Shown: positions 22,226-32,310 of the stretch, piece after piece
Numbering within the stretch: the stretch's first letter is position 1
How the letters are laid out: every line of letters begins with the position of its first letter
Assembly: GCF_001194135.2 (NCBI RefSeq)
Contig: NC_069001.1
Location: 37,342,189 to 37,374,498 of the forward strand
Length of the DNA stretch: 32,310 nucleotides
Direction of reading: 5' to 3'
Source: Octopus bimaculoides
Taxonomy: Eukaryota
Translations under genes and position numbers: made by a program
The notes under the pieces: generated by a model
The model's database searches: none
What the model was told of the DNA's origin: nothing
The model's input: only the letters and a program-made list of their open reading frames with translations

Positions 22226-22731
22226 AATGGCAGAGGAGAGGGGGCATTAGGAGGAGGTGACCTTCTGCCAGGTGATGAAAGATTAGAGTGTGATAGAGAA
22301 ACAGAAACAAGTGTCTTGCTGCAGAGGAGAGACATGGTTACTCAGTCAGAGAGAGAGAGTGAGTAAGAGTGCAAACGGGAGATGGTGGCAAAGTGCTTGG
22401 GCGTACTCACAAGGAACGGGGATCAGAATATGTGTGAATGAAATATGGGATGATCATAACTTGAACACCTTTCACAATAGGCTTGCTGGATCAGGGTTAA
22501 TCAGGGGCTCAACAAGAAGTCAAAAGAAAAAAAAAAAGATCCTGTCTTTTGAATAAATTTACTTCAACAAATTTCTTTGTGCATCGTTTTGCACTTGCCT
22601 TATTTTCTCTCTCCCCACTCCATCCAAGGGGTATTTTTTTCATGCTGTGTTCACTTCCTGCTGCTCTTCCTACTCCCTTGGGGGCTACTATGTCCATATG
22701 TCACACTCTCCCTTTGTCTCTTCCCATTCAG

Positions 22732-22869
22732 GCTCTCCACAACCAAGCCGTTGCTGAATCCAAAGCTGACAACTGGAAACAAGTAGAGATCTTAATAAAC
22801 ATGGCCATCAGAGCTCAACAGGAGGACAAATTTAACAACAAACTTAAAATATCTTTACAGGCCGTCCAG
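22732..22869 (+). CDS. NCF2: Coding exon 4 (46 aa, TPR4): ALHNQAVAESKADNWKQVEILINMAIRAQQEDKFNNKLKISLQAVQ
   Basis: Acceptor TCTCTTCCCATTCAG, donor CAG|GTAAGT, phase 0/0. Aligns to [22 protein letters not shown]. Confidence 0.9.
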
Positions 22870-23717
22870 GTAAGTAAAAAAAAAAACCCAACTTTCTGTG
22901 TCAATTCTAACAATCTTTTTGATGGCAAATTACTAGAGTTAGCTTCTGGTTACATTATACAAAGCATTTTATTTTAAAGCATTTAGATTTAAATGAAAAC
23001 CCTTCCATCGTTATTTTCTGTAAAAAGCCCTTACTATCACATTGTTATAGTCTGCATCCAGCTATCCAGCTTTCTTGTCTCTCCATTTCTACTCTGTTGT
23101 TCATGCACACTAACATTGTGTGTATAAACAACGCTCTCCTTATTTCTTCCTAGCTTTTGTTAAACCTCTATATTCAGGGTACCTGTTTCACCACTGTGTA
23201 GCATTGAATTTTGCATATGAGCAACATACAACCTGACCTTCACTCTAAAGGATAGGCGCTTTATTGATGATATATACAAGTGAAATGATTTGATAATGAA
23301 ACCCACTCCAAAATTTGTACAAGCACACACACACATACCTACACATCCAATTTATATATACACATATATGTATATATGTAAAGGTGTGTGTGTGTGTATG
23401 CATGTATATGTTTGTGTATGTATATATATATATATATATATATNNNNNNNNNNNNNNNNNNNNNNNNNNNNNNNNNNNNNNNATATATAAAATCTACTGA
23501 AAAACAGGTACATAATTGCTGTCAAAGGTAAGTGATACAGCAATGAAAGTAGGAGCATTAGGATATTTGAGGTAGAAGAGTAAAATTGTCTGCATATACA
23601 CACATGCACAAACATGTGCACATGTGCATGCACACACACACATACAAGCACATTAATATACATCCATATGCACACGCACATGTACACACTTAATGTGCCT
23701 TTTTGTTCTATTTTCAG

Positions 23718-23822
23718 CAAAAACAGCATCTCCAACAGTTTAACATTGGAACTGGAATCTTCCATCCACCCAAATGGATGATAGAAAGTACAAAGAACGT
23801 CAACTACCTGGGAGATTCCAAG
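23718..23822 (+). CDS. NCF2: Coding exon 5 (35 aa): QKQHLQQFNIGTGIFHPPKWMIESTKNVNYLGDSK
   Basis: Acceptor TTGTTCTATTTTCAG, donor AAG|GTGAGT. Aligns to [36 protein letters not shown]. Confidence 0.9.
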
Positions 23823-24182
23823 GTGAGTGAAGGTGGTTAGTTCATGGTCAGTGGCGAGTATGTGATGGTGGTGGGACTGATCATGTCTGTGTGAGATTTA
23901 TTTTGGTGGTGGCAGGGAAGTTGTCTGTATGTGGTGCTTTGTGGTTGAGCATTGATACTCAAATATTTAGCAGACAGAAATACCTCTTCAGTGATGGTCA
24001 TGGAGGTGGGGATGGACCAATTATAAGTACAAGTATTTTAGTAAGCCAATATGAGACAAACTGGAAAAAACTCGTCCGAGATACATCAGCTGAAACAACT
24101 GAGATTTGGAACAAACACTTCCAACTATGTCTGTACAATACAATGTATATATTTAGCGTACATATATTTATAGTGTACAATG

Positions 24183-24238
<56 letters not shown>

Positions 24239-24739
24239 TGTGGTTTGTACAGTCAAAGAGCTAAGGAGGCAGCAGTAACATCTCCTCCATACTTACCAAA
24301 ATAATTCTAATCTGGAATCATTCTTTTTCTTTTCCAGGTATATCTACCTATCGATCTGTCATCTACATATCTACTTCTCTCTCTCTCTCTCTCTCTCTCT
24401 CCTCATATTTGTATCTAGTTAATGCTCCTTGCACTTAAATAAGTCCACACTAAATAGAAACTTCTGACCCAGTATCAATGTGAGAAACCACTGAAGTGTC
24501 TTCCTCACTTCTCTTTTCAAGTATTTATTCAGCTAAATCCCTTCTTTGTGGAAGTGTCTCACCCCCATCTACATACATCTCTTTCTTTTTTGTCGTTCAA
24601 CTTCAACAATTAACAGCCCTTTTTCCATGCTTTTTCCAAGTTGAGTAGTTTGAAGGGATCTGACCAACCACAGGATGGATGCCCTTCCTAACACTGACCA
24701 CTCTGTGGTGTGTAAACACTTATATTTTATGTTTTCCAG

Positions 24740-25052
24740 GTTATTTCGACCAACAACAATCCCTTCTCCATGAATGAAACCAATTCAAGAAGCAAGCCAG
24801 CAAACGACGAGTTATGGCCCAATCTCAAGGAACAAGAAACAGGGCAAAAGAAACAAATGAAAACCGTGATTGAATTGCTAACAACCATAACGTTAGATAC
24901 AGCAATGAAAACTGTTATGGCGAAACAGATAGAGAGCAATCTTGGCACAGACGGTAAACCGCAACGGCCACCAAGACCACAATCTAAATCACCACCAATA
25001 CGACCTCCTCTTCCACCAAGACTTTCCGGGATCCGTAAACTTCCTCAACTAC
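24740..25052 (+). CDS. NCF2: Coding exon 6: rest of the activation domain (VISTNNNPFS), long linker and Pro-rich region; 3' boundary uncertain
   Basis: Acceptor TTTTATGTTTTCCAG in phase 0 is well supported. The frame stays open through PQRPPRP..PPIRPPLPPR. Candidate phase-1 donors follow 24953, 25034 and 25052. Confidence 0.75.
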
Positions 25053-25811
25053 GTAAAGAATCACTGTATTATTATTCACCACCATCATTATCATCATCAT
25101 CTAAACTTACTGGCCGTGTGCCAAAATTTGAAACCATTATTTTTAGTGTCCTCATCATCACAACAGTGGTTTGGTGGAATTGTTAGCATTGCATAAAATT
25201 CTCTGTGGTATTTCATCCAGCCCCTTATGCTCTGAGATCAAATCCCACAGTAATCAACTTTACCTTTCATCCCTCCAGGGTTGAAATTTAAAAAAATAAA
25301 CATGGGCCATGGTCCAGTCCCAAGTTTAATGATTTTTAACTTTCCCTCATAATATAAATTGTCTTGTTTTTAGCCCCTTGTTAAGAGATTGTTGGGAGAT
25401 CTATAATCCCTGCCCCTCTCCATCTCCCAGCATCATTTTGCTGTTTAAAAGAAAAAAATGACAAGATTGATATTTTCAAAGATGGATTAATATGTGTTTG
25501 TATGCTGCACATATGTATCTATGGTATGTGTGTGTGTATGTAGATGTGTGCATGCAGGTGTGTGCATGCATATATGTGTGAGTGTTTCTTAGTGTGTATG
25601 TTTGTATAGATATACACACACAATATTAATAATGGCAGAATAAACATTTTACCAACCTATATGAAGTTAATGAACTTTTAACCTCACTACTGCTGTGATT
25701 TTAATTACAAAATGTTTTCTACTCATTCTCTAAGTTAACACCACTTAACTGTTTGTTTTCCCTGCAGAATACATCCCTAAATATTTATTCTTACTATTTC
25801 TGTTTTTACAG

Positions 25812-25849
25812 CAACTAAAAATGACCTGGAATCTCAAGACAATACAAAA
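25812..25849 (+). CDS. NCF2: Probable 38-nt micro-exon 7: (P/A)TKNDLESQDNTK
   Basis: TTTCTGTTTTTACAG acceptor and AAA|GTGAGT donor. Its phase 1 to 0 bridges exon 6 (phase 1) to the SH3 exon (phase 0). No homology support. Confidence 0.62.
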
Positions 25850-26317
25850 GTGAGTATATACATATATATATATATATATCTATGTATGTATTAAGACATC
25901 TTTTCTATGTCTGTATGTATATTTGTGTTTAAGTATGCTTTTCTGTATGTCTATATGTATATGTTTGTTGGTATATAATATATATATAGTTTAAAGATCC
26001 AATAGAGGTAGAATCAGCCAAAAAAAAAAACAAAAAAACATTCCATCCAATGAGAGATAAATATCAATTTGAATACACAACCGAAAGAGCTACCAATAGT
26101 TTCATACTATTATGATGCTTGAACAGGCATATTTGTAAAGGATGCCATGTATCTTAAATAGAGCCTGAAAGTTTCATGCATCATAATGGCATGAGACTCC
26201 TGAGAACAGGAAGATATGCATGGATGGAAGAGTCACTAAAGCAGTCACGGATGTGTGATGAAAGATAAAATAAGAAAAATAATAAACAAAATCAAATTCA
26301 ATGACAGCACTGTATGA

Positions 26318-26787
26318 CTGGCATCCGTGCTAGTGGAGCGCTAAGAGCACCGTTCGAGCGTGATCATTGCCAGAGCAGCTGTCTGGCCCCCCCATGCCGG
26401 TGGCACGTAAAAAGCACCATTCGAGCATGATCGTTCCCAGCGTTGCCTTACTGGCACTTGTGCCGGTGGTATGTGGAAAACAACATTTGAGCAAGGGCGT
26501 TGCCAGTGCCACTGGGCTGGCTCCTGTGCAAGTGACACGTAAAAACATCATTTCAGTGTGGCCGTTGCCAGTACTGCCTGACTGGCCCTTTTGCCGGTGG
26601 CACGTAAAAGCACCCACTACACTCTCGGAGTGGTTGGCGTTAGGAAGGGCATCCAGCTGTAGAAACTCTGCCAGATCAGATTGGAGCCTGGTGCAGCCAT
26701 CTGGCTCACCAGTCCCCAGTCAAACCGTCCAACCCATGCCAGCATGGAAAACAGATGTTAAACGATGATGATGATGATGATGATGAT
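26318..26787 (+). mobile_element. RTE-LINE 3' UTR with four ~65-bp tandem units and (GAT)8 tail
   Basis: Units begin G(C)CGGTGGCACGTAAAAA-like and contain CGTTGCCAG..CTGGC, followed by the standard tail. Confidence 0.88.
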
Positions 26788-26838
26788 AGTGCGCGTGTTT
26801 ATTTGACAAGGGGGCGGTATGACCATCCCAAATCATAG

Positions 26839-26877
<39 letters not shown>

Positions 26878-27406
26878 GTAGTAAAGATTGTTTGCCAAAG
26901 TACTGTTGCTGAATATCTCACGTTGTGAGATTTAAAAATAGTAATTTTCTAGTATATAATTAAATATATATTGCTTAGTTATAGGACTCATTAGAATCTA
27001 GACTGAACACAGAGGATGCCAGAAATAGCTAGCGACAATATTATAGGGTTCACAGTGAGGTAAAACAACCATGAAGGTATCAAGTGTTGGTTGGATACTG
27101 TACATGTGTATATACCAAATCCAATTTAAATTGTATATCCAACTCAAGGCTGGTTCTAGGTGTGACGTAGGTAGAATCAAAGAGACTGTTTTGTGTGTAT
27201 GCATGTAGGTAGGTAGGTTGGTTGGCTGGCTCAGGCATGGCTGTTTAGTTAAGAAGTTCACTTCCCAACCATGTGGGTTAGATTCAGCTCCACCATGTGA
27301 CACCTTAGGGAAGTGTCTTCCATTATAGCCCTAGGCTGACAAAAGCCTTATCAGTGGACTTTGGAAGATGAAAAGTGAAAGACATCTGTAAGTGTGTGTA
27401 TGTATG

Positions 27407-27439
<33 letters not shown>

Positions 27440-27884
27440 GTATTGTTTGACAGTTGTTGCTATTGTGTCACACAAATATGTCCACAACTGATCCCTTATC
27501 CCCAGACAATAAGCTTGTCCTTTTCCTTAACGGCATGTCAGTTTTGGAGAATTCTTGATTCTGTAGATTATCTCCCCTTCTCACTGAAACTGGTCTTGAT
27601 TGTCATTTGGTAATTATGATACATCTTCTGGAGATGAATATTAATATAATAAATCAAGAATTTACACTGTATAGTATTTAATATATCTGCATTTGTCACG
27701 TTCTCATACACTTGTGTGTGTTTCCTTCTTGTAATACAATGATTGCTCGCATACAGTTTATATTGTTTGTTTATGATGTTCCATGGAAAACACATTGGGC
27801 CTCGGGGAAATATTTCCTTATTTGGAAACAGGTGAGGATTGGTGACAGGAAGGGCACCTAGCCATAGAACATCTGCCTCAACAG

Positions 27885-27931
<47 letters not shown>

Positions 27932-29779
27932 ATTTCAGCCTATGAAATAGAGAGAGATAGTGTGATGAGTGGGGAGGAAACGTGGTCTTGTGACAAACCC
28001 TAGAATTGTGGTTTCCATCTGCTTGTGTATTGTTGACCTAACTTAGGGTCCTCTATAGGATCTATTTGCTAGAAATAGAAGCAGATAATCTTCCCTATCT
28101 CACCATTATATTATTTTATCTTATCAGAATGATGTGTGTTTGTGGACACATGGGTCTGTATCAACTGCTGAAGGCAAATTCACCATAAGAACTAGAGAGA
28201 AAAATTCTCCCTTATGACACAAGGTGTAAAAGTACCATATCTGCCCAATGTCACCTTCCCAGATGCAGCATTTCCAGCTCTTTAGCCTTTATCAGTGGGA
28301 CAGTATTTCCTATTGATAATGGCTAAAGAATCTGATAGGATGCAACACTGGACAGATATAGTGTTTTTTACACTCTTTTTACCATAAAAGAGAATTTTTT
28401 CTCCATGGTAACTGCAGTGAATGTCTTTAGAAGTTGAAATATTTCACAAACACGTTTTAACTAACCTAAAATTCGTTTTTATATCTATATATATATATGT
28501 GTGTGTTCACCTGTTTATATATGTTTGTAGCTTTGTACATGTAAATGCTTATAACTTCCTACATGTTCATGTGTGCACATTTATGTCTATGTGTACATGT
28601 TTGTGTCTATAAGTAGATCTGTATTTGTCAGTACTTCTATGTTTTCTACTTTTTATTTACAAGCCAAAATTTTTTCTCTACACACAATATAGATACATGT
28701 GTATATATGTATTTATGTATTAAACTTATATTATGCTAGAATGTCATCTCCACTGAGGAAAACACTGCTTAATTTTGTCTGTAAGCACCATTTTTATTGA
28801 TTTGCTTATGTTATACTCATATTTTCTTAAACCATTTTATGTTCTTGCTCTCGGTCTCCTGTATGTGGCTTGCCCTTGATTACTAAATTCTTTGACAGTC
28901 ATTGATATTCCTGTAACATTTTCTCTAGCCAACTCTTTTTGTTTATATTCCCTGGCCTCCCATAATTCCTCTTAATCTTCATTGTACATTAATCTGTTGT
29001 CTTTTAAACCAGGTCTTGTAATCTACCTGCCCAGTTACTATGGCTGCATGATCTACAAACCTCTGCAATAATTAACTTCAAAAATTTATCTTTATTATAA
29101 TTTCTCCGGGTATTTTAATTAATCATTTTTAACTCATGTGGATGCTGGTCTTATAATCTCATTGTTTTAATTACAATTGTTTTTACTACTTCACTAATGT
29201 TTAAAATTTTATTACCTTTAACTACGCAAAATGACTAGCAGAAAAAACTAATTCTATTTTTTGGTAGATATTTAACAAAACTTCTAGAATAACTAAGAAA
29301 TTTAATTTTCCAGTTGACATACTTTTAAACAGTATAATTACATATAATTTCATGTTCAGAACATTTAAATTGAACTTAATTAATCCAGACTTCATCTGGT
29401 CATTTTAATGTTAGGTCCCTTCACTTGATTCTCTCTTTAGCACACACACACACTGTAAATGTGTGACCATTTTTATCATTCGGTTGTATTTCTGCCTGCT
29501 TCAGCATGTAAAGGCTTTGAAATCTTTCTTATTGACTTATTACCTCCCTTTACTCTACCTTGTTACAGAAGAAACATCTCTCTTATCTTTTACTTGTCTC
29601 AGTCATTGGGATGTAGCCATGCTACGGCATCACCTTGAACGGTTTAGTTCAGGCACAGGAAACCTTTTTTGAAAACTGGGCTGCTTGAGACATGGCTCTT
29701 CATCAGTTGGACCAAACTACTAAAGGGGAATTTTTTGTTAGGTGTGCCATTCAGAAAGTCTCATGGCCCCAATTGGCCC

Positions 29780-30115
29780 ATGACTGGTTTAGTCAAATCG
29801 ACCCCAGTACTTTTTCTATGAAATCTGGTACTTATATTCTATTGGCCTCTTATACCAAACTGCTAAGATGCAGGGACATAAACAAACCAATACTGGTTGT
29901 CAAGTGGAGGAGGAGGGGGTCAAACACAAAGATATATTTGTGTTTAATACATACAAATATGCATACTTTCACAGTTTCTGTCTATTAAATCCCTCACAAG
30001 GCTTTGGTTGGCTTAAGGCTAATAGTCACACTTATCCAAGGTGCTGTGCAATGGGTCTGAACCTGAAACCCTGTGGTTCAAAAGCATGCTTCTTAACTAT
30101 ACAATTATGCTTGTG
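29780..30115 (-). mobile_element. SINE family A copy, diverged
   Basis: TAGTCAAATCGACCCCAGTAC..CTCACAAGGCTTTGGT..CTGAACCTGAAACC. Other family A pieces at about 12118-12280 (+), 17905-18026 (-), 19645-19770 (+) and 27228-27400 (+). Confidence 0.8.
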
Positions 30116-30395
30116 CCAAACAGCATATGCACAGACAAAGATAGTGTATATGCAGACGAATCTGAATATACAGTCTTTGTTGGATGATGAACCGGGATCA
30201 GCTGGAGTTAGTTTCAGTCCAGTATTGGGATATCATCCGTGACTGAATCTCCCACTGTAACTATCCATGTAAATACTACTGATGCATTCAGTGTAACTGA
30301 GTACATAAATTAGATTAACGAATTTTCATATATAATGTATTCTTGGCAGTTAATAAATTACTGACGTGTCCGCTGTACCATTTAATACATATTCG

Positions 30396-30535
30396 TATGT
30401 TAAATTGTTGTGTAACTTTTGGCCCATCCATTGTGGACAGGAAGAGAGGAACCAGCTGGAACAAATTTCAATCTTGTGTTGGGATCTCATCTGTTAAGAA
30501 CATGGTGGCCAAAAGTTGTACAACAATTTAACATA
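30396..30535. repeat. 29-bp inverted repeat around an 82-nt spacer (MITE-like or RNA hairpin)
   Basis: TATGTTAAATTGTTGTGTAACTTTTGGCC (30396-30424) versus GGCCAAAAGTTGTACAACAATTTAACATA (30507-30535), 27/29 complementary. Confidence 0.9.
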
Positions 30536-31140
30536 TATAGTCATAGAAGCTACCTTTCAGTTGAAGAGACCCCACTTCCTTGTTGCCAGCAGAGGTAATT
30601 AACTCCTTAAACTTTCCCCACTTTTTTTTTTTTTTTTACTTTGGTTATTATACTTTTAGGGCACCCACCTTCACTTCAAATTAGGTCATGAAAGAATCTA
30701 CTGACTATTTCTATGGATGTTTTTGAGTATGGAAAAGAATTTCCTGGGTGTTTTTACAGCATAGCTGTGTACATATAAACCCTGCACCACTTTCCTGTGT
30801 GCACATAGTTTACATCATTGGCTGCATCATAAGGGAATGGCTATCTACTCTTTGCATACTGTGCCTGGCTACTTTGTAGATGATTCTACAGTTCTGTCTT
30901 CTTTCTTGCTTCTCTATAATTTCAAAGTTTGTATAATTTTGCACAGATAAATATATTAATCAATCAAATTCCGACATGGTCTGATTTTTCAGGATCACAA
31001 TTTTATATTAAATACCATTATGAGTAAGTTATTTAAAGAACAAATTTCAGCATTTTTCACCAGCTGTCAATGTGGCTGCTATTGAAATATGAAGATTGGC
31101 GAAAGAGGGAAAGTACTTGTGCTATTGCAATATGTCATCT

Positions 31141-31463
31141 GTTACTTGTTTCAGTCATTAGATTGCAGCCATGCTGGGGCACCACCTTGAAAAATTTTCA
31201 GTCAAATGAATTGATCCTAGCACTTATTTTTTCTGAAAGCCTGGTACTTATTCTGTCGGCCTCTTTTGCTGAACTGCCAAGTAAAGACACCAACACTGGT
31301 TGTCAAGCAGTGGCGGGACACACAGACAAGGCTTCTCTCAGTTTCTGCCTACCAAATCCACTTACAAGGCTTTGGTCAGCCTGAGGCTATAGTCGAAGAC
31401 ACTTGCCCAAGGTGGTACACAGTGGGACTGAACCAGGAACCATGTGGTTGAGGAGCAAGCTTT
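31141..31463 (-). mobile_element. SINE family A copy
   Basis: Full family A body ending about 105 bp before the SH3 exon. Confidence 0.85.
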
Positions 31464-31568
31464 ACAAAAAAATAGAACATGAAAAATCAGACTGTTGGAA
31501 TTTGACTTAATACATGTGCACCAGTTTGTCAGTGTATAACAGCAGTGTGTTACTTGCTCATTTCCCAG

Positions 31569-31689
31569 GCACCCCAAGCTGAATACAAGGAAGTTGGTCG
31601 AACTGTGTTTGTGAAATACAGCCTACTGAGCAGCAACCCTAATGTATTGACAGTCAGGGAAGGCGATAAAATTGTAGTAAAAGCATTAG
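31569..31689 (+). CDS. NCF2: Coding exon 8, first half of an SH3 domain: APQAEYKEVGRTVFVKYSLLSSNPNVLTVREGDKIVVKAL(G)
   Basis: Acceptor CTCATTTCCCAG, phase 0. VKY..........LTVREGDKIVV fits the SH3 ALYDY..ELSF..GD.I.V pattern. Donor is either AG|GTTCGT (end 31689) or TC|GTATGA (end 31693). Confidence 0.72.
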
Positions 31690-31981
31690 GTTCGTATGAC
31701 ACTCTTTTTATGTTTTTTTCTCCATTATTTACAGCTGAGGATTAGGAATTCGAACCTTGCTACAGCTTTTAAATTAAAATACTTTTGACTCTTCTGCTTC
31801 TCTCTAGATACCATGGCTTGTTTAGTTCTTCTAACAACTGAGAATAGGGAACCTGCAGGTTCATGTGTAACCTTAGCAACCATTAACCCTTCAGCATCCA
31901 GATTACTTTCTCAAATGTGATGGTTATTTATATAAATAAATATATATATAAATAAATATATATATAAATATATATATATCT

Positions 31982-32310
31982 AGGGAAACACAAATATTGA
32001 GCGGTGTTCCACAGGGAACTGTTCTGGGGCCACTACTGTTCATAGTGGCCCTTCTGGACATGCCCACGGTCACTCGGAGAGCCACTGTCACTAGCTATGC
32101 TGATGACACAAAGATATCTCAGGCAATAAAGAATCCTGATGATATTGTAAGCCTGCAGAATGACCTAAATGCAATATATGAGTGGGCAGAGCAAAATAAT
32201 ATGCAGTTCAATGCAAAAAAATTTCAAGTACTGCGCTACAAGACCACAAGTACCTCCCAACTGGCATACACAGGGCCTGGAGGTACTGCAATCCCAGAAC
32301 CACAAACAGT
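31982..32310 (+). mobile_element. 5'-truncated CR1/L2-group LINE reverse transcriptase, open frame running off the window
   Basis: 109 codons with no stop: SGVPQGTVLGPLLF..SYADDTKI..LQNDLNAIYEWAEQNNMQFNAKKFQVL. YADD starts at 32096. Confidence 0.93.

Larger units (their letters stand above)
3189..31689 (+). other. NCF2: Multi-exon gene (3'-incomplete) for a p67phox/NOXA1-like NADPH oxidase activator: TPR x4, activation domain, Pro-rich linker, SH3 start
   Basis: Eight GT-AG exons join in consistent phase into one ORF resembling p67phox (YNLGCIY, KDTHFVAAY, INYRPLGL, NYLGDSKVIS, SH3-like end). Exon sizes 83 and 109 nt and intron phases match human NCF2 as recalled. The symbol denotes the family; NCF2 vs NOXA1 orthology cannot be resolved here. 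Confidence 0.88.

Noticed and set aside
25053-25186. Read-through isoform with a hydrophobic tail (IIFSVLIITTVVWWNC*) as a membrane anchor
   Set aside because: The tail comes from (CAT)n-like sequence and the head of a SINE-B copy, and the downstream AATAAA sits in an A-run. Likely coincidental.
28780-29180. Possible LINE remnant on the minus strand (NWAGRL..RPG)
   Set aside because: Similarity is too weak to support without a search.
30561-31023. Two micro-exon-like segments (30561-30594, 34 nt; 30993-31023, 31 nt) with AG/GT borders
   Set aside because: Neither alone nor together do they preserve phase between exon 6/7 and the SH3 exon, and one combination hits a stop.

Overview
AT-rich, repeat-dense eukaryotic scaffold with four N-gaps. 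The SINE/LINE content and (CA)n/(TA)n/(GAT)n microsatellites look like a coleoid cephalopod, probably Octopus (inferred from recall, not a database match). The + strand carries the 5' part of a p67phox/NOXA1-family NADPH-oxidase activator gene: 8 exons from 3189 to about 31689, running off the window, with TPR repeats, activation domain, an expanded Pro-rich linker and the start of an SH3 domain. The introns hold many RTE-LINE fragments, three tRNA-derived SINE families, an open CR1/L2-type RT fragment and a ~1.1-kb minisatellite. A decayed CRE-clade retrotransposon end lies upstream. No CRISPR array or prokaryotic system is present. Best leads: loss of the recalled Rac-contact residues despite an intact activation domain; in-phase alternative donors that could switch the Pro-rich region on or off; a head-to-head SINE pair whose inner arms look homogenised; and a 29-bp hairpin that pairs fully only on the transcribed strand. 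Human p67phox comparisons come from my recollection of that sequence and need a real alignment. Repeat boundaries are approximate.
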